Shown in pieces: positions 38,461 through 52,169 of a stretch of DNA of 64,000 nucleotides. Origin of the DNA: Octopus bimaculoides (Eukaryota). The DNA lies in assembly GCF_001194135.2 (NCBI RefSeq), contig NC_068995.1, forward strand, positions 336,582 to 400,581. Reading direction: 5' to 3'. Positions within the stretch are counted from its first letter, which is position 1. Each line of letters starts with the position of its first letter. The translations under genes were made by a program, and so were the position numbers. The notes below the pieces were generated by a model. It was not told the DNA's origin. It saw nothing but the letters and a program-made list of their open reading frames with translations, and did no database searches.

Positions 38461-39435
38461 TCATACTTGCGTACATATGGATGTGTATGCATATGCATGT
38501 ATGTGTATGTATGTATGTGTATATATGTATGTGTTTATTTTATGTATGTGTATGTGTATGCATGCAAATACATGTACGTAAGCATGTACTTCCGTGTGTG
38601 TATGTGCGTATGTCTGTCTGTCTGTCTCTCTGCCTGAATGTATATATGCGTGCGTGTATGTATGTATGCATGCGTGTATGTTTGTATGTATGTATACATG
38701 CGTGTATGTATGTATGTGTGTATATATGGGTGTATATATGTATGTATTCAATTAACATCAGGTAGTTAAACTCCAAAACGTTATTAGATTGCAGTAAATA
38801 ACAGGTTTTTGATTAATGCAATATAGTATTCCTGATTATTAGAATAACCACAATTTTAATCTAATTTAAATTAATTAGTTATGTATCACAATTATGCAAT
38901 TATACTTTTAGTGATGTTTATCGTAGGGAAACAGCTGTTGAATACACACCATGAGCTCTATGTCGAATTTATGCTTTTCTGTGATTATTCTAAACAAGAA
39001 ATTTTAAATTTTATATTAGTTAATTTATAACATACCAGCAGATCAAATTTTATAAAAGTAATTTTATAAATACATCAGCATGACAATTCTGATTTTGTTC
39101 TTTATTGAAATTACACTTGCGGGTATTAGAGTCGATGCAATCAACCTGCACCCCCTCTCACCCCTCATCTAATCCTAATTAGAAAGGATTCTTTCTTTTA
39201 GAGTAGAAATCGACTGATGTTATAATGCATTAAATCGTTTGGTGTCAGAAAACTGGGTTCAAATCAGGACAGATGAAACTAATCAAATATTTTATTCTTC
39301 AGTTTGTTTATAAATTGAGTACCAGTAATGTACTCGGGAGGGGTTTACCCTTTCTTGAGCATGTAACCCTTTACCTATATTTGAATGTGTGCCTGCAAGA
39401 GGAAAGTGCAGTTTGTGATAATGATACTGACGATG

Positions 39436-39492
<57 letters not shown>

Positions 39493-39568
39493 ATGGAGGG
39501 TGACAACGAAGGTGATGATAATGGTGATGATGATTTGTGTATATGTGTCTGTACACATATAGATACGT

Positions 39569-39611
<43 letters not shown>

Positions 39612-40012
39612 CATATATATATGCATATATAAATGTATATGCATGTATGTGTGTGTGTGTATGTGATTTTATCCGATTTATTATATCGTTATAATGATCC
39701 ACCTCCATCTTATCATCATCATCGTCACTACAATGGCCGTAACTCTTCCTACCTTTTCCTCTTCTTCATCTTCCGCTTCTTCCTCTTCCCCCTTTTCATT
39801 CTTCTTCTTCTCCTCCTCCTCCTCCTCCTCCCCTTCTGTATTCTTCCAATCCAGAAATGTCCAGTCAAAGCCAGCTGAAGTCACAATACAGTCTCTACTC
39901 TGACTAACAGAAATAGTCACATGAACTCATGCGTGGCATCGGCTGAATCTTGCTCTTTCACACACACACACATTTAGAGGGAGAAAGAGAGAGAGAGAGG
40001 CGCACGCACACG

Positions 40013-40048
<36 letters not shown>

Positions 40049-41822
40049 TATGCAGACATGTATACATGTGTGTGTGTTTTGTATGTTAATGTATGTATGC
40101 GCGACGTGTGTTTTGTGCATGTGTGTACCGTGTGTGGAGTGGAGCAGTGTGTGTGTGTGTGTTTCTGCGTGTGTATATATGTGTTGTGTGTTTGTGTGTG
40201 TGTGAGGAAGTGCGCGCGTGGGTGTGTCTTTGTGTGGCTTAAGTGTGTATGTATGCGCGTATATATGTGTGTGTGTGTGTGTATGTGTGTGTATTAGCTC
40301 AGGCACCCTACACCCCACATAAAGCCCTCACCCACTCCAACCCATTAGGGTCCTGATTAATTTATGGCCCTCGACAATGGTTGATTACCATAATGATGGT
40401 GACGACGACGATGATGATGATGATGAGGAGGAGGAGGAGGAGGAGGAGGAGGAGGACGAAAAGGACGACGACGGTGACAAAGACAATGATGATGACGTGC
40501 TGATGGTTGTGATGATTGTCGTGGTGGTGGTGGTGGCCATGGTTGTAATGGTGGACGTGACGTTAGTAGTGATGATGATGATGATTGCCTTTGTGGACAT
40601 TGACGTGGTGGCGGTGGTGGTGGTGAAGGTTGAGTGGTGTTCAGGTTGAAGTAGTCGTGATGATGATGATGGTGATGATAAGGAGGAGGAGGAGGAGGAG
40701 ATGATCGTGATGAAGTTGGCGATGTTGTTGGCAGTGATGTTTATAGTGATGATGGTGATCATGACGACAATGATGATGATGATGATGAAGAGGAGGTGGA
40801 GGGTGTTGGTGGTGACGGATGGTGATGGTCATGATGATGACGATGATGCTGATGGTGTTATCGTTGTTGTTTGTGGTGATGTTAATGGTGGCGATGGTGG
40901 TAGAGAGGAAATAAAAAACAGTCAAGCCAATGACCCTCCGTTTTGTTGCTGTTGCTGTTGTTGTAAGACCCATCAACCTCGTCACCTGGCATCTATCCTT
41001 ATATGTTCAATGTCTAATGAAGCTGTAGCCTGGGAAAAACCCTTTTTTTTCTAATTATGGAAAGTACTTTTCAGAGTATCTCCCCCTGTTTTCCTAATCC
41101 TGTCACAAACACCCAACCCCCTATTCTTGGTTTCCTTCGTTTTTTAAGGGCTTTTTTGTGTCTATTTATATTTATATATATTTTTCCGCATCATTTTTAT
41201 AGTTTTTGTCGGTTTAACTTTTATTGTATTATTGTTTTATTTAGGAGGGATTTTGGGGTGTGGTGGTGGAGGTTGGAGGGGATAGGTCCTTATTTATGCA
41301 TTTATTTATATTCTTCAGTGGTTTTTCTCTTCGTCTTCTTCTTCTTTCGTTTTTCTTCTCTCCATCTTCTTCATATTTTTCTACTTCTGCTCCTTAATCG
41401 GTGGATTTTTATTCTACTAAAGAAAGAAAGAAAGAAAGAAAGAAAGCGGAAGAAAAATAGAAAGAAATTGAAAGAGAATATAAAGAAGAAAAAGAACGAA
41501 AAAATAAATGATTATTTTTATTTTCTTCATTTTTATTTCAATTCCAAATTTCAATCTCCATCTTCTGTTTTCGCTTCACTTTCTTTGCTTTTTCTCTTTG
41601 CTCTCTCTCCGTCCTGGTCCTTAAAACTACTCCCAAATCCAGCCTTCAACAATTGCAATTCTACCTTAAACTCTTAGTAATAGCAGAGGCAGTTGGTATT
41701 TTTGTTGTTCTTGTTTTATTATTGTTGTTACTATTGTTGCTCCTTATTTGTTTGTTTTGTTGTTCTTGTCTTTGCTCTGAAACTGCCCCTTTCCACGCGT
41801 TTTTAAGAGGGGTTTAAACCTT

Positions 41823-41868
41823 GTCAAGTCTGAAGAGGACAACAGGCCGAAAACTTTATTCACCTGAC
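41823..41868 (+). ncRNA. Minimal type-I hammerhead ribozyme
   Basis: GTCAAGT-CTGAAGA-GGAC-aaca-GGCC-GAAA-A-cttta-T-TC-ACCTGAC: stem I 6/7 bp, stem II 3/4 bp, short stem III, core CUGANGA/GAAA/UH intact. Confidence 0.65.
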
Positions 41869-42843
41869 CTGATCGCATTCATTTCACGGATTTCTAACCT
41901 AGTCAATGTTTTTTTCTTTTCCTTTATTGTTTTTTTTTTTGGTACTACTTTACGTCTTTCAAATTTCTTATCAATTCGACCTTTTTGCTTTGCCATATTC
42001 TTCTTCTTCTTCTTCTTCCNNNNNNNNNNNNNNNNNNNNNNNNNNNNNNNNNNNNNNNNNNNNNNNNNNNNNNNNNNNNNNNNNNNNNNNNNNNNNNNNN
42101 NNNNNNNNNNNNNNNNNNNNNNNNNNNNNNNNNNNNNNNNNNNNNNNNNNNNNNNNNNNNNNNNNNNNNNNNNNNNNNNNNNNNNNNNNNNNNNNNNNNN
42201 NNNNNNNNNNNNNNNNNNNNNNNNNNNNNNNNNNNNNNNNNNNNNNNNNNNNNNNNNNNNNNNNNNNNNNNNNNNNNNNNNNNNNNNNNNNNNNNNNNNN
42301 NNNNNNNNNNNNNNNNNNNNNNNNNNNNNNNNNNNNNNNNNNNNNNNNNNNNNNNNNNNNNNNNNNNNNNNNNNNNNNNNNNNNNNNNNNNNNNNNNNNN
42401 NNNNNNNNNNNNNNNNNNNNNNNNNNNNNNNNNNNNNNNNNNNNNNNNNNNNNNNNNNNNNNNNNNNNNNNNNNNNNNNNNNNNNNNNNNNNNNNNNNNN
42501 NNNNNNNNNNNNNNNNNNNNNNNNNNNNNNNNNNNNNNNNNNNNNNNNNNNNNNNNNNNNNNNNNNNNNNNNNNNNNNNNNNNNNNNNNNNNNNNNNNNN
42601 NNNNNNNNNNNNNNNNNNNNNNNNNNNNNNNNNNNNNNNNNNNNNNNNNNNNNNNNNNNNNNNNNNNNNNNNNNNNNNNNNNNNNNNNNNNNNNNNNNNN
42701 NNNNNNNNNNNNNNNNNNNNNNNNNNNNNNNNNNNNNNNNNNNNNNNNNNNNNNNNNNNNNNNNNNNNNNNNNNNNNNNNNNNNNNNNNNNNNNNNNNNN
42801 NNNNNNNNNNNNNNNNNNNNNNNNNNNNNNNNNNNNNNNNNNN

Positions 42844-42896
<53 letters not shown>

Positions 42897-43759
42897 TATA
42901 TATATATGTATATATGTATATATGTTGTTTGTTTTTTTATCTGTGATTTACTTTTTTTCTTCTTTCTTTTTCTATGCGCGTCCTCAGATGCTTAGAATAA
43001 AATAAAAAAAAGAAGCGGTTGGTTGATATGGATTCATACGAGCAGAGCGTAATACACGCGCGTCTTTCTGATTAGAAAAAGAAATCTCACTGGTTGATTT
43101 TATCACAGTACCTTAGCCACATGAATTGTAAATAAGCGAAGCATGGGTGCTGGCTGCGACTATGCTAAAATTATCCTGGTATTACAAGTTTCTATCAGGC
43201 ACGCGGCCCAAGAACAATACCCGACAATCTATATGGACAGGTGAAAACGAAACACAGCCAATGTACCACCAAACCCAATGATTAATGTATTTAAAGTATG
43301 CCCAATTAAGTATAGAATTTTATAGACGTGAAAACCTGGGTATTTATTAGTGTTTTAGGAAATGGAAAGAAAAAAGAAAGAGAGGAGTGTTTTTTTTTTC
43401 TCTCTGAATAAAAAAAAAACAAGAATAATAAAGAATTAAAATACCAGGTGTTTGTATTATATGGGAAGCGTTTAATTCTATGTAGACAGTCGGTTTATCA
43501 CGATTGTCTTCGCCCTTGCCAGACGTCTGTGCCATAGTACAAAGTGAAAATGAATTTAGGATGGGGCTGAAGAAATATAGAAAATGCAGTTCTGAGTGAT
43601 TGTTTGAAAGGAGAAAAAGAGAGAAAATAGATTAATAAATTAAGAAAAAAACGAGCTGTTCACACGCTATTCCAAAACCCAGCAACGCAGCGCAAAAATA
43701 TAAAAAACAAGAGAGAAGAGAATGGAAAAACAGAAGGAAAAACTTTTTCAAAAGTTTGT

Positions 43760-43930
43760 CAAATCGCGCTCTTTTGTATGGGACGCATGCGCATTTCAAT
43801 CAACAAAGCCTCACTGTGCGACAGCTTGCTGGAGCTGACAAGCGATGCCTGTTGGTCGGCTCACTTCAATACAGAATACAAGTTTTTTCTCGCCGTGAGA
43901 GTGGATTCCCCTTGGTAGAAGCTTTAGGAA
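43760..43930. promoter_or_regulatory. CpG-containing promoter-like island with NRF1-like motif
   Basis: CGCATGCGCA at 43784-43793 amid CpG-rich non-repetitive sequence. Confidence 0.3.
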
Positions 43931-44401
43931 ATTTGGGTTGTGCCTTTCTCTCTTTATATAGACATATATATGTTATTGCGTCCATCTATGTATGTATCTA
44001 TATATATATTTATATACAAATATATACACAACAAAATATACTTATTGATATATGTGCATATATCAATAAATTTATAGATATATGAATATATAATTATAAT
44101 TTGATGTATATGAATATATATATATATATATCTATATTTATAGATATTTCTAAATATACTTATATAATTACATTAATATAAATTTTTTTTTAAAGTATTT
44201 TATATAGTTTTTGTGTTTATTAATTGTTCTATCATTTATTATATTTCATTTTATTTTATTATCAGCAATTAGCCGGGTAAATTGAGGATGATTATAGCTT
44301 CACGGTGACATTTTTGTTTAATCCTTTTGTATGTAAAACAAAAATTGCTCGTAAAATATATGCATATATGCATTTATGTATGTAAGTGAGCGTATGCATA
44401 T

Positions 44402-44525
<124 letters not shown>

Positions 44526-45334
44526 ACACACATACAAATGTATATTTACTCATATATTTATATACATGTATTTATGTATCTATGCATTTGTACCTGATGT
44601 ATATTGAATGTTTAAAATAATTTTTCTTGCTCTTTTCACCGTTATAATTTTTTAAAAACTGTTCTAGAAGTTTTTGTTGGAGACGCGGTTATTGTTGAAC
44701 GAAAAAATATGTTTAACGACATAAGAAAAAAATAACAAAAGACAAAGAAAGGAAGATTCCAATTTTAGTTTTAGAGAGTCTGAAACGAGTGGAATATATT
44801 TCGCTATTTCACTCCGTCCCCTTCGACGGTTGACAAAAATTTCCCTATACCGTGCTTGACTTTTCTTCCGTTCATCCTTCCAGGGGTTGATAAATAAAGT
44901 AAGTACCTACATGTCATATTACTGCAGGGGTCTATCTTATTCAATAGACTAATACCTACCCCCCTCGTTATACCCCACCCCCTCATACTACCACTGTGCG
45001 TCTGTTTGCTTTCCTTTTGTGTGTTGCCGAGTTTAGAAATCTATAAATCTATAATTATTACGTATTTTTGTATACATTGGAAACAATAGGGGGAACAAAT
45101 TGTTAGTTTGAGAGAGAGAGAGAGAGAGAGCAGGGGACAGACGGATAGATATAAGGTGAAAAGAACGATAGAAAGAGAACACGGAAGAAAAAGAGAGAGA
45201 GAGAGAGAGAGAAAATGGTAAAAGTAAAATAAGCAAAACCCTTATTTTGAAATTATATCTCTCTTTAGAAATTCCTTCATTTCCACAAATATCTTACTGA
45301 TGCGTTTTATACAAATATGTCCTCAGCTTTTACT

Positions 45335-45480
45335 AAGGTCAGTGAGCTGGTAGACTCGATAGAGCGACGGACACATTTACGATATTTGTTTCGGTTATAT
45401 GAGTTCAAGTCTTACCGAGGTAGACGTTTGCATTTTATTCTATCTGTGGCGATAAATACATTCCAATCTTAAGAAATATG
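45335..45480 (+). mobile_element. SINE family B, degenerate
   Basis: gtgagctggtagactcgatagagc...gagttcaagtcttaccgaggtagacgtttgc. Confidence 0.6.
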
Positions 45481-45711
45481 GGAATAATGTTTCTATCTTT
45501 CGCAATCGAGTAAGTTAACCCCAGAAATGTCATGAGAGGAAATACAACGATATTTTTCTCAAAATGTAATCGAGGGCTGAGCAAGGATGGGGCGACTCTC
45601 CTCTTCTCAAAGAGAAACTGATGCAGAAGTGGAACTGTACAAAGATGAACCAGTATAGAATGGAGATACAAAAAGAAGTTGAAGAATTTGTAATTATTGG
45701 GTAGGTGTTGT

Positions 45712-45916
45712 ATCAGTCATTTGACTGCGGCCTTGCTGAAGCACCGCCTTAAAGGGTATTAGTGGAAGAAATCGACCCAAGGACTTATTCCTTGTAAGCC
45801 TAGTACTTATTCTATCGGTCTCTTATGCCGAACCGCTATGCTACGGTGACGTAAACACACCAACATCAGTTGTCAAGCGATAAACATATACACAAATACA
45901 TACATATATTTATATG

Positions 45917-45948
<32 letters not shown>

Positions 45949-46110
45949 CGACGGGCTTCTTTTAGTTTCTCTCTACCACTACCATATCCACTTACGAGAA
46001 TTTGGTCGGCCATAGACTATAGTAGAAGACACTTGTCCAAGGTGCCACGCAGTGAGATTGAATCCCGAAGCGTGTGGTTGGGAAACTAGCTTCTTACCAC
46101 ACAGCCACAT
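45712..46110 (-). mobile_element. tRNA-derived SINE family A, near full length
   Basis: Reverse complement of the 36152-36585 element from tail (cagtcatttgactgcggcc) to head (cttcttaccacacagccac). Confidence 0.9.
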
Positions 46111-46790
46111 ACATTTATATACGTGTTTATCTATTAATCTCTTATTCATATGTATGTATATATGTATAAATGCATATGTATGTATATATGTTTGCATATA
46201 TATATATAAATCCATATATGCGTGTGTAGGCATGCGCATGTATCTGTATGTACACACCTAATCGAATTTGCAATTTTTTATCGTGCCGGGAGACACGCAA
46301 TAAAACGAATACCAGGGATATGCCAGGGTCAATTCCATAGTTTACTTTACCTCGCGCCTAAATGTACGAGAAATCTGTTTCTTTTTAACAGAAAAAAATT
46401 ATCATAAAAAAGATAAACGTATCCAAATAAAAATATAAATGAAATTCATAAAAATAAACAAAATATAACACCAGTACCATGTTCGACACCACCACCTTCA
46501 CCACCGCCACCATCAATATTATCATCATCATTATTATCGTCCTCATACTTTCTTTCTTTCTCACCCGTGTACGTACACATAGGCATACGCACGCATATGT
46601 GGAAATATGTTAGTATGGAAACACACACACACACACGTACACACACACACATACACACACACAATACTCATATGCACTTGCGCCCACACAAGCAGAAGTA
46701 TATATATACACACACGTTTGCATATATATATATACATATATATACATATGACTATGCATATGTACACACGAATATATATAATTACTTACA

Positions 46791-46839
<49 letters not shown>

Positions 46840-46881
46840 ATGTATGTATGTATATGTATATATGTATATCTATTTGTCTAC

Positions 46882-46937
<56 letters not shown>

Positions 46938-46989
46938 TACATAGAGACATGTACACAGTATCCTTCACTCTCCACAGCACCAGCACCTG

Positions 46990-47027
<38 letters not shown>

Positions 47028-47302
47028 AAGACACATACACGCATCGAAACACAGGAACATGAGGGACTTTATTAGAAAGATAAGTTTTTCCTCATAGGGG
47101 AATAAAGAGAAAACTTGTAAATAAATGTGAGATGCTCAGAAATTCTGAAGTTGTTAGGAGTTTATAATCAAAAAAGCCCTTTTATTATCGGCAAGTTTTA
47201 GCTTGAGGGGTGAAAGCTGAGATCGTGAAAATTGTGAGGGCCATTGTAGTATATCAGAGGAACAAGACACCGTCAAGTTACGTGATTATTGAAGTAACAG
47301 GA

Positions 47303-47430
<128 letters not shown>

Positions 47431-49157
47431 AACATTTATTACTGCATGATACCTTAAAATAATTAAAATAAATATAAAATAATTAATCCCTGATACTTTT
47501 AATATAAACATAATAAAATATATGAATCTCTGATAAAAAAAATAAAAAAATTACTGCCAAGGACGGCTTTGCTTTTGTTTCCGTCTCTTCAAGGTCGATA
47601 CAAATATCTATGAAGCATAAAACCGTGTGAATACAATCGACTTTTTTGTTTTGTTTAGCATAAATGTGGGAAAGAAACAAATGTTTTCGCATAATTTGCG
47701 CCCTTGACGCAAATAAGTGAACGATTTATCAACGTTGAACCTAGTTTTACCGTTTGAAATCATGTAAAAAAAAAAAACTTGCCTGTTGTTAATCAAGTTT
47801 ATCTTTTGGTTGAACAATTATATATACAAGACACGTCTTTTCAAGATCTAAGAAATCCTTCTGAGAAATAAAGAGACTATTCTGGGTCTTTTTAATTATC
47901 ATTTCTTGCAAATGGTAGGATTCCTGAAGCCTGCTAATCTTATGTAGCTTCAATTATCCTGACATTAACTTATCGAATGAAGAAGTTTAAATACAAAGAA
48001 ATAGGGGGAAAAGTTGAGAAAAAATATAGAATGTTCAAAGAGAAACACGTTTTCCTTTTACAGTCGCTATCTAGACTACATTGAAGACGATAAAGTAAAA
48101 TGCAGAAGCAAAGCAGACGACAGAAAGTTACACTAAACGTAGCAGACGACATGAACAGTCGACAGAATGAGAGGTGAAAAATAGCCAACTGTAGCAGACG
48201 ATGAATACAAAGGAGAGATGTCACGAAGTAGAACTTGACTGATTGTAGAAGACTAAAGTCGCAAACAGCAGACGACAGTTAGAAAACAGCAAACGACAGT
48301 TAACAACAGTAAAATATAATAGCAGACAGGGCTCAGATAGGTTCCTTTGAGAGGTTACTACACAGATCTGATACAGAACCATTAGTTACCTTTTTAACTA
48401 TACTCTGAGTAGAATTTGACTGAGGGAACTTTACAGAAAATGAATTAAATTTTTTTCTTTTCAAACATAACTCAACTGATGCTAAGCTTGTTTATGACAT
48501 TCAGAGGTTTTAGATGATTACCTCGAGACCGCTACTTATTTTAGTCTTGAATATATTTTATCGATTTAAGAATTTTTAGAATTTAAATTTGAGTGCGCAC
48601 ATGCCTTGTATGCATACATACATGTATATAATTTATATATATGTGTGTGTGAGTGTGTGTGTATTATATACATGAAATATATATTTGGATCTATTTATCC
48701 ATCTGTCTGTCTGTCTGAATGTCTATCTCTCTGTCTATCTATGGCTGGCAGTCTACCTATCACTCCCTCTTTCTCACTCGTTCGCTCTCCGTATGTGCGC
48801 GTGTGTTTATTTATATATATCCCTAGTGTATATCGCTGAAGAATATAAGCATATAGGAGAAAACTTAAAGACTGGTGCTCTTCTTCGTGATATTTGTTTA
48901 CACTGAGTTACAAACACAGCTTTGTCTCTCTAAATGTCAAAAATGTATTAAACCAGCAAGTGGCTCGCTGGATATTTCTAACCAACGACGCTATAGTTAA
49001 CCTCAGGGTATGCAAAATAAATGTAAAAAGAAAGAAAGATGTTAGTAACACGCGACAGTTGGAAAGAGCAAAGTTTTGCAACAAACGACACTCTGTCTCT
49101 CTCCCTGTCTCTTCCAGTGTATAGGGTGTATGTATGTATGTATGTATGGATGGATGC

Positions 49158-49208
<51 letters not shown>

Positions 49209-49272
49209 CATATGAATGCATGTATATGTATATACATTTATGTATGCGTGCATGAATGCATGTATATGTATG

Positions 49273-49321
<49 letters not shown>

Positions 49322-49759
49322 ATACATACATATATATATATGAAATACAATTTGTTTTTGTTAGTATCGTCTGAGTGAGTTCCCCTTGAAACTGTCAGTC
49401 ACGTGACTATAACAGTGAAAGAAACCGTCCAGAAAATGGCTAGCTCTGCAGTTAACAGCTGTCTAGATTTTATATTTCTTTATTCTTTTCTTTTCTTCAA
49501 TTATCATCTTGTTTTTCTATTGTTCACAATTTTATTTTAGTGAGGATGTCAGCGACCTTTCAGTCAGTGAATCTCTTGTTTAACAGAGAGAGAACATGTC
49601 TATCAATCATACAAGACAAATTACTGAGAGGGGGTTTTACTACATAATCTGTAAATCTGATATAAGGATTGCTTTGTGTCTTTTACATCACAATTTGTAC
49701 ATATGCGCGTGTGTCTGCTCCCAAATGTATAGGCGCATACGTAATAATACATGTAAGGA

Positions 49760-49806
<47 letters not shown>

Positions 49807-50182
49807 GCATATATAAATATATGCATACGTATAAATACAGATATTTATATACATACATAAATATATGTATATGTGAGTGTGTATTTAAATATACATATAC
49901 ATATATATGTGTGTGTGTGTACATGAAACCAGGCTGCCGGCGCGTTTAGCCCTTAAACAAGTTACTTCATTCCATAGTCTGCTCTGCATCTATATAAGTA
50001 CCAGTTGCGTGCTGGGATAGCCTTTTGTCCCTCTAGTTGTCATATCATGGATGTTCTGTTGGGACAAACGTGGAAGAACCAAGAAGGAACCCATGACTTC
50101 TACAACTTTGGTTCCTAAAATAATTATCGAAAGCATGAGTCTGCACTACCATATCATCACACGCTTCTGACTAATAGCTGTG

Positions 50183-50262
<80 letters not shown>

Positions 50263-51253
50263 TTATATTCTCTTTTCTAGGTCGAGATCCATGGACGTGT
50301 TCTCTCCAGCTGTCTTTGTCCCTCATCATCGCTGCCATGTCCTGTGTTTCCCAGAGACCAGTGTCTGTCCTTAGGGCATCAATATATGTTACCCTCGGTT
50401 ACCTTCTTCTAGAGTGTCTGTGTGAGGGCACCCACGTACGTGCGGATTTGCGTGTGTCTGTTAATTTACGGTTATTATATCAAAGATAGTTCTAGAATAA
50501 TAACGGGAGATTTTCTGATGGGTTGACTCAAAACCGAGAGTAGAGTCATAGTTATTGAAAATCTCGAAGTGAATGGAACTTGTAGTTTCGGCCATCGTTT
50601 CAGTCAATTCCAGTCCACTCAGCGGAAACGGGTACCAACAATAGCTGCTGGTTAACTCTGTAACCCGATGGCGTCACTTTGTGGCAGGGATATTGTATCC
50701 TAGGTCGCATATCTCATAGAAACCGCAAAAAGTTCAACTCGATGAGGCTGAAGTGTCGTGACAGACCTAAGACCCAGGGAATGAACTAACGCCCTCTACG
50801 TAAACTAATGTACTTTAATATATTTGACATTTAATCAATGTTAATACCCAGGACAATTAGTTAATAGTAATTAGGTGTATTAAACCTAGCATTTTTAATG
50901 ATGGTGAGCCTGTCAATAGAGATGGACGCCATATGGACAGCTTTAATTAAGAAAGAAACATTATGCCAACGACCATAAAAAAGAATTAGGTTTAAAGCTT
51001 CTAATTTCTATTACTTAATTGTCCAAAGTGACAATGGAGTACTGGATGCAAGCATTGATTAAATGTCAAGCGTTAAACTGTGGTTGTATATCTGATAGAT
51101 GCGAGTTCAATTGCTGGGTACGTATTTATTGAAAAAAAAAAATGCCATTTCGAATGAGGAAATTATAGCAGTTAATTACTGTATCCAACTTCTTACGAAG
51201 TACTAAGCATAACATTTGCCTTTGGCATTATATACCTGCATATATCTATATTG

Positions 51254-51366
51254 ATTCTAAGTAACCTGACCATGTTCCTATAAAGTAGTCAACTCCAAGG
51301 GGTATATATATATATATATATATAGTCAACCCCTTGGAGTTGGGACATGGTCAGGTCACTTAGAAT
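51254..51366. repeat. Short inverted-repeat (hairpin) element around a (TA)n spacer
   Basis: attctaagtaacctgaccatgttcc..aactccaagggg / ccccttggagttgggacatggtcaggtcacttagaat. Confidence 0.8.
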
Positions 51367-51594
51367 AAATTGAGAAACTTTAGTGACAATAAGTTTGATT
51401 CAAATCGATTGTGTGTGTGTGCGTGTGTGTGTGTGTGTGAACCGTAGTTCAAGTGGAATGAACAAGCAGCATCACAATTATCCCAATAGGTGAGTATCTG
51501 TAGAATGGGCAATGAAGTGAGAACAACCTAACCCCACTGGTAAATGTTGGACAGAACAGAAATACAGAAAAATCTTAAAACTGACTGAGAATTG

Positions 51595-52047
51595 TGTAAA
51601 TAAAAACAAGGACTGAAGAATTCTTGATTGCGGTACAGGATGAGCGCTTCCCCACCAGAAATCGCCAAATTTTTATAATGAAGCGGAACATGAATACATG
51701 GAGGGGAGAAAGATATCATCTTGGCTCTAGTTTCTCAGTGTTATCCAAGAAAGAACACATCTACAGAAATGATAGAGTTGGGATTTACATCCGCTGGAAG
51801 TTATGCTAGCAATATGAAATATCAGCAGAAAAAGCATACGAAAGAAAAGGTTTTCGAGAATGCTCTGGGGCAAACCAATGCATACAGAGGCTGAAGATGA
51901 ATCCTAATCAATCAAGTATTTTTGTCAAGGACACCAGGAACAGAAATTCATCTTAATCGACATATCAGTCTCAACAGAGGATAATGTATATATAGAGACC
52001 TGGAAATAGAGGTAACGCAAATGTAAAGCTGAAAGAGTATCAATCCC

Positions 52048-52080
<33 letters not shown>
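51595..52080 (+). mobile_element. R4/Dong-like RLE non-LTR retrotransposon 3' fragment ending in (TAA)n
   Basis: TEEFLIAVQDERFPTRN...KKEHIYRNDRVGIYIRWKLC.QYEI...LIDISVSTEDNV...IPII match RLE-LINE motifs; (AAT)n directly follows. Confidence 0.75.
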
Positions 52081-52082
<2 letters not shown>

Positions 52083-52169
52083 CATATGCTTTGAGAATGA
52101 TAATGCTAGATACAAGACTGACAAACATGTATAGCATCTAGAAAATATCACCACTAGGCACTGTACTCG

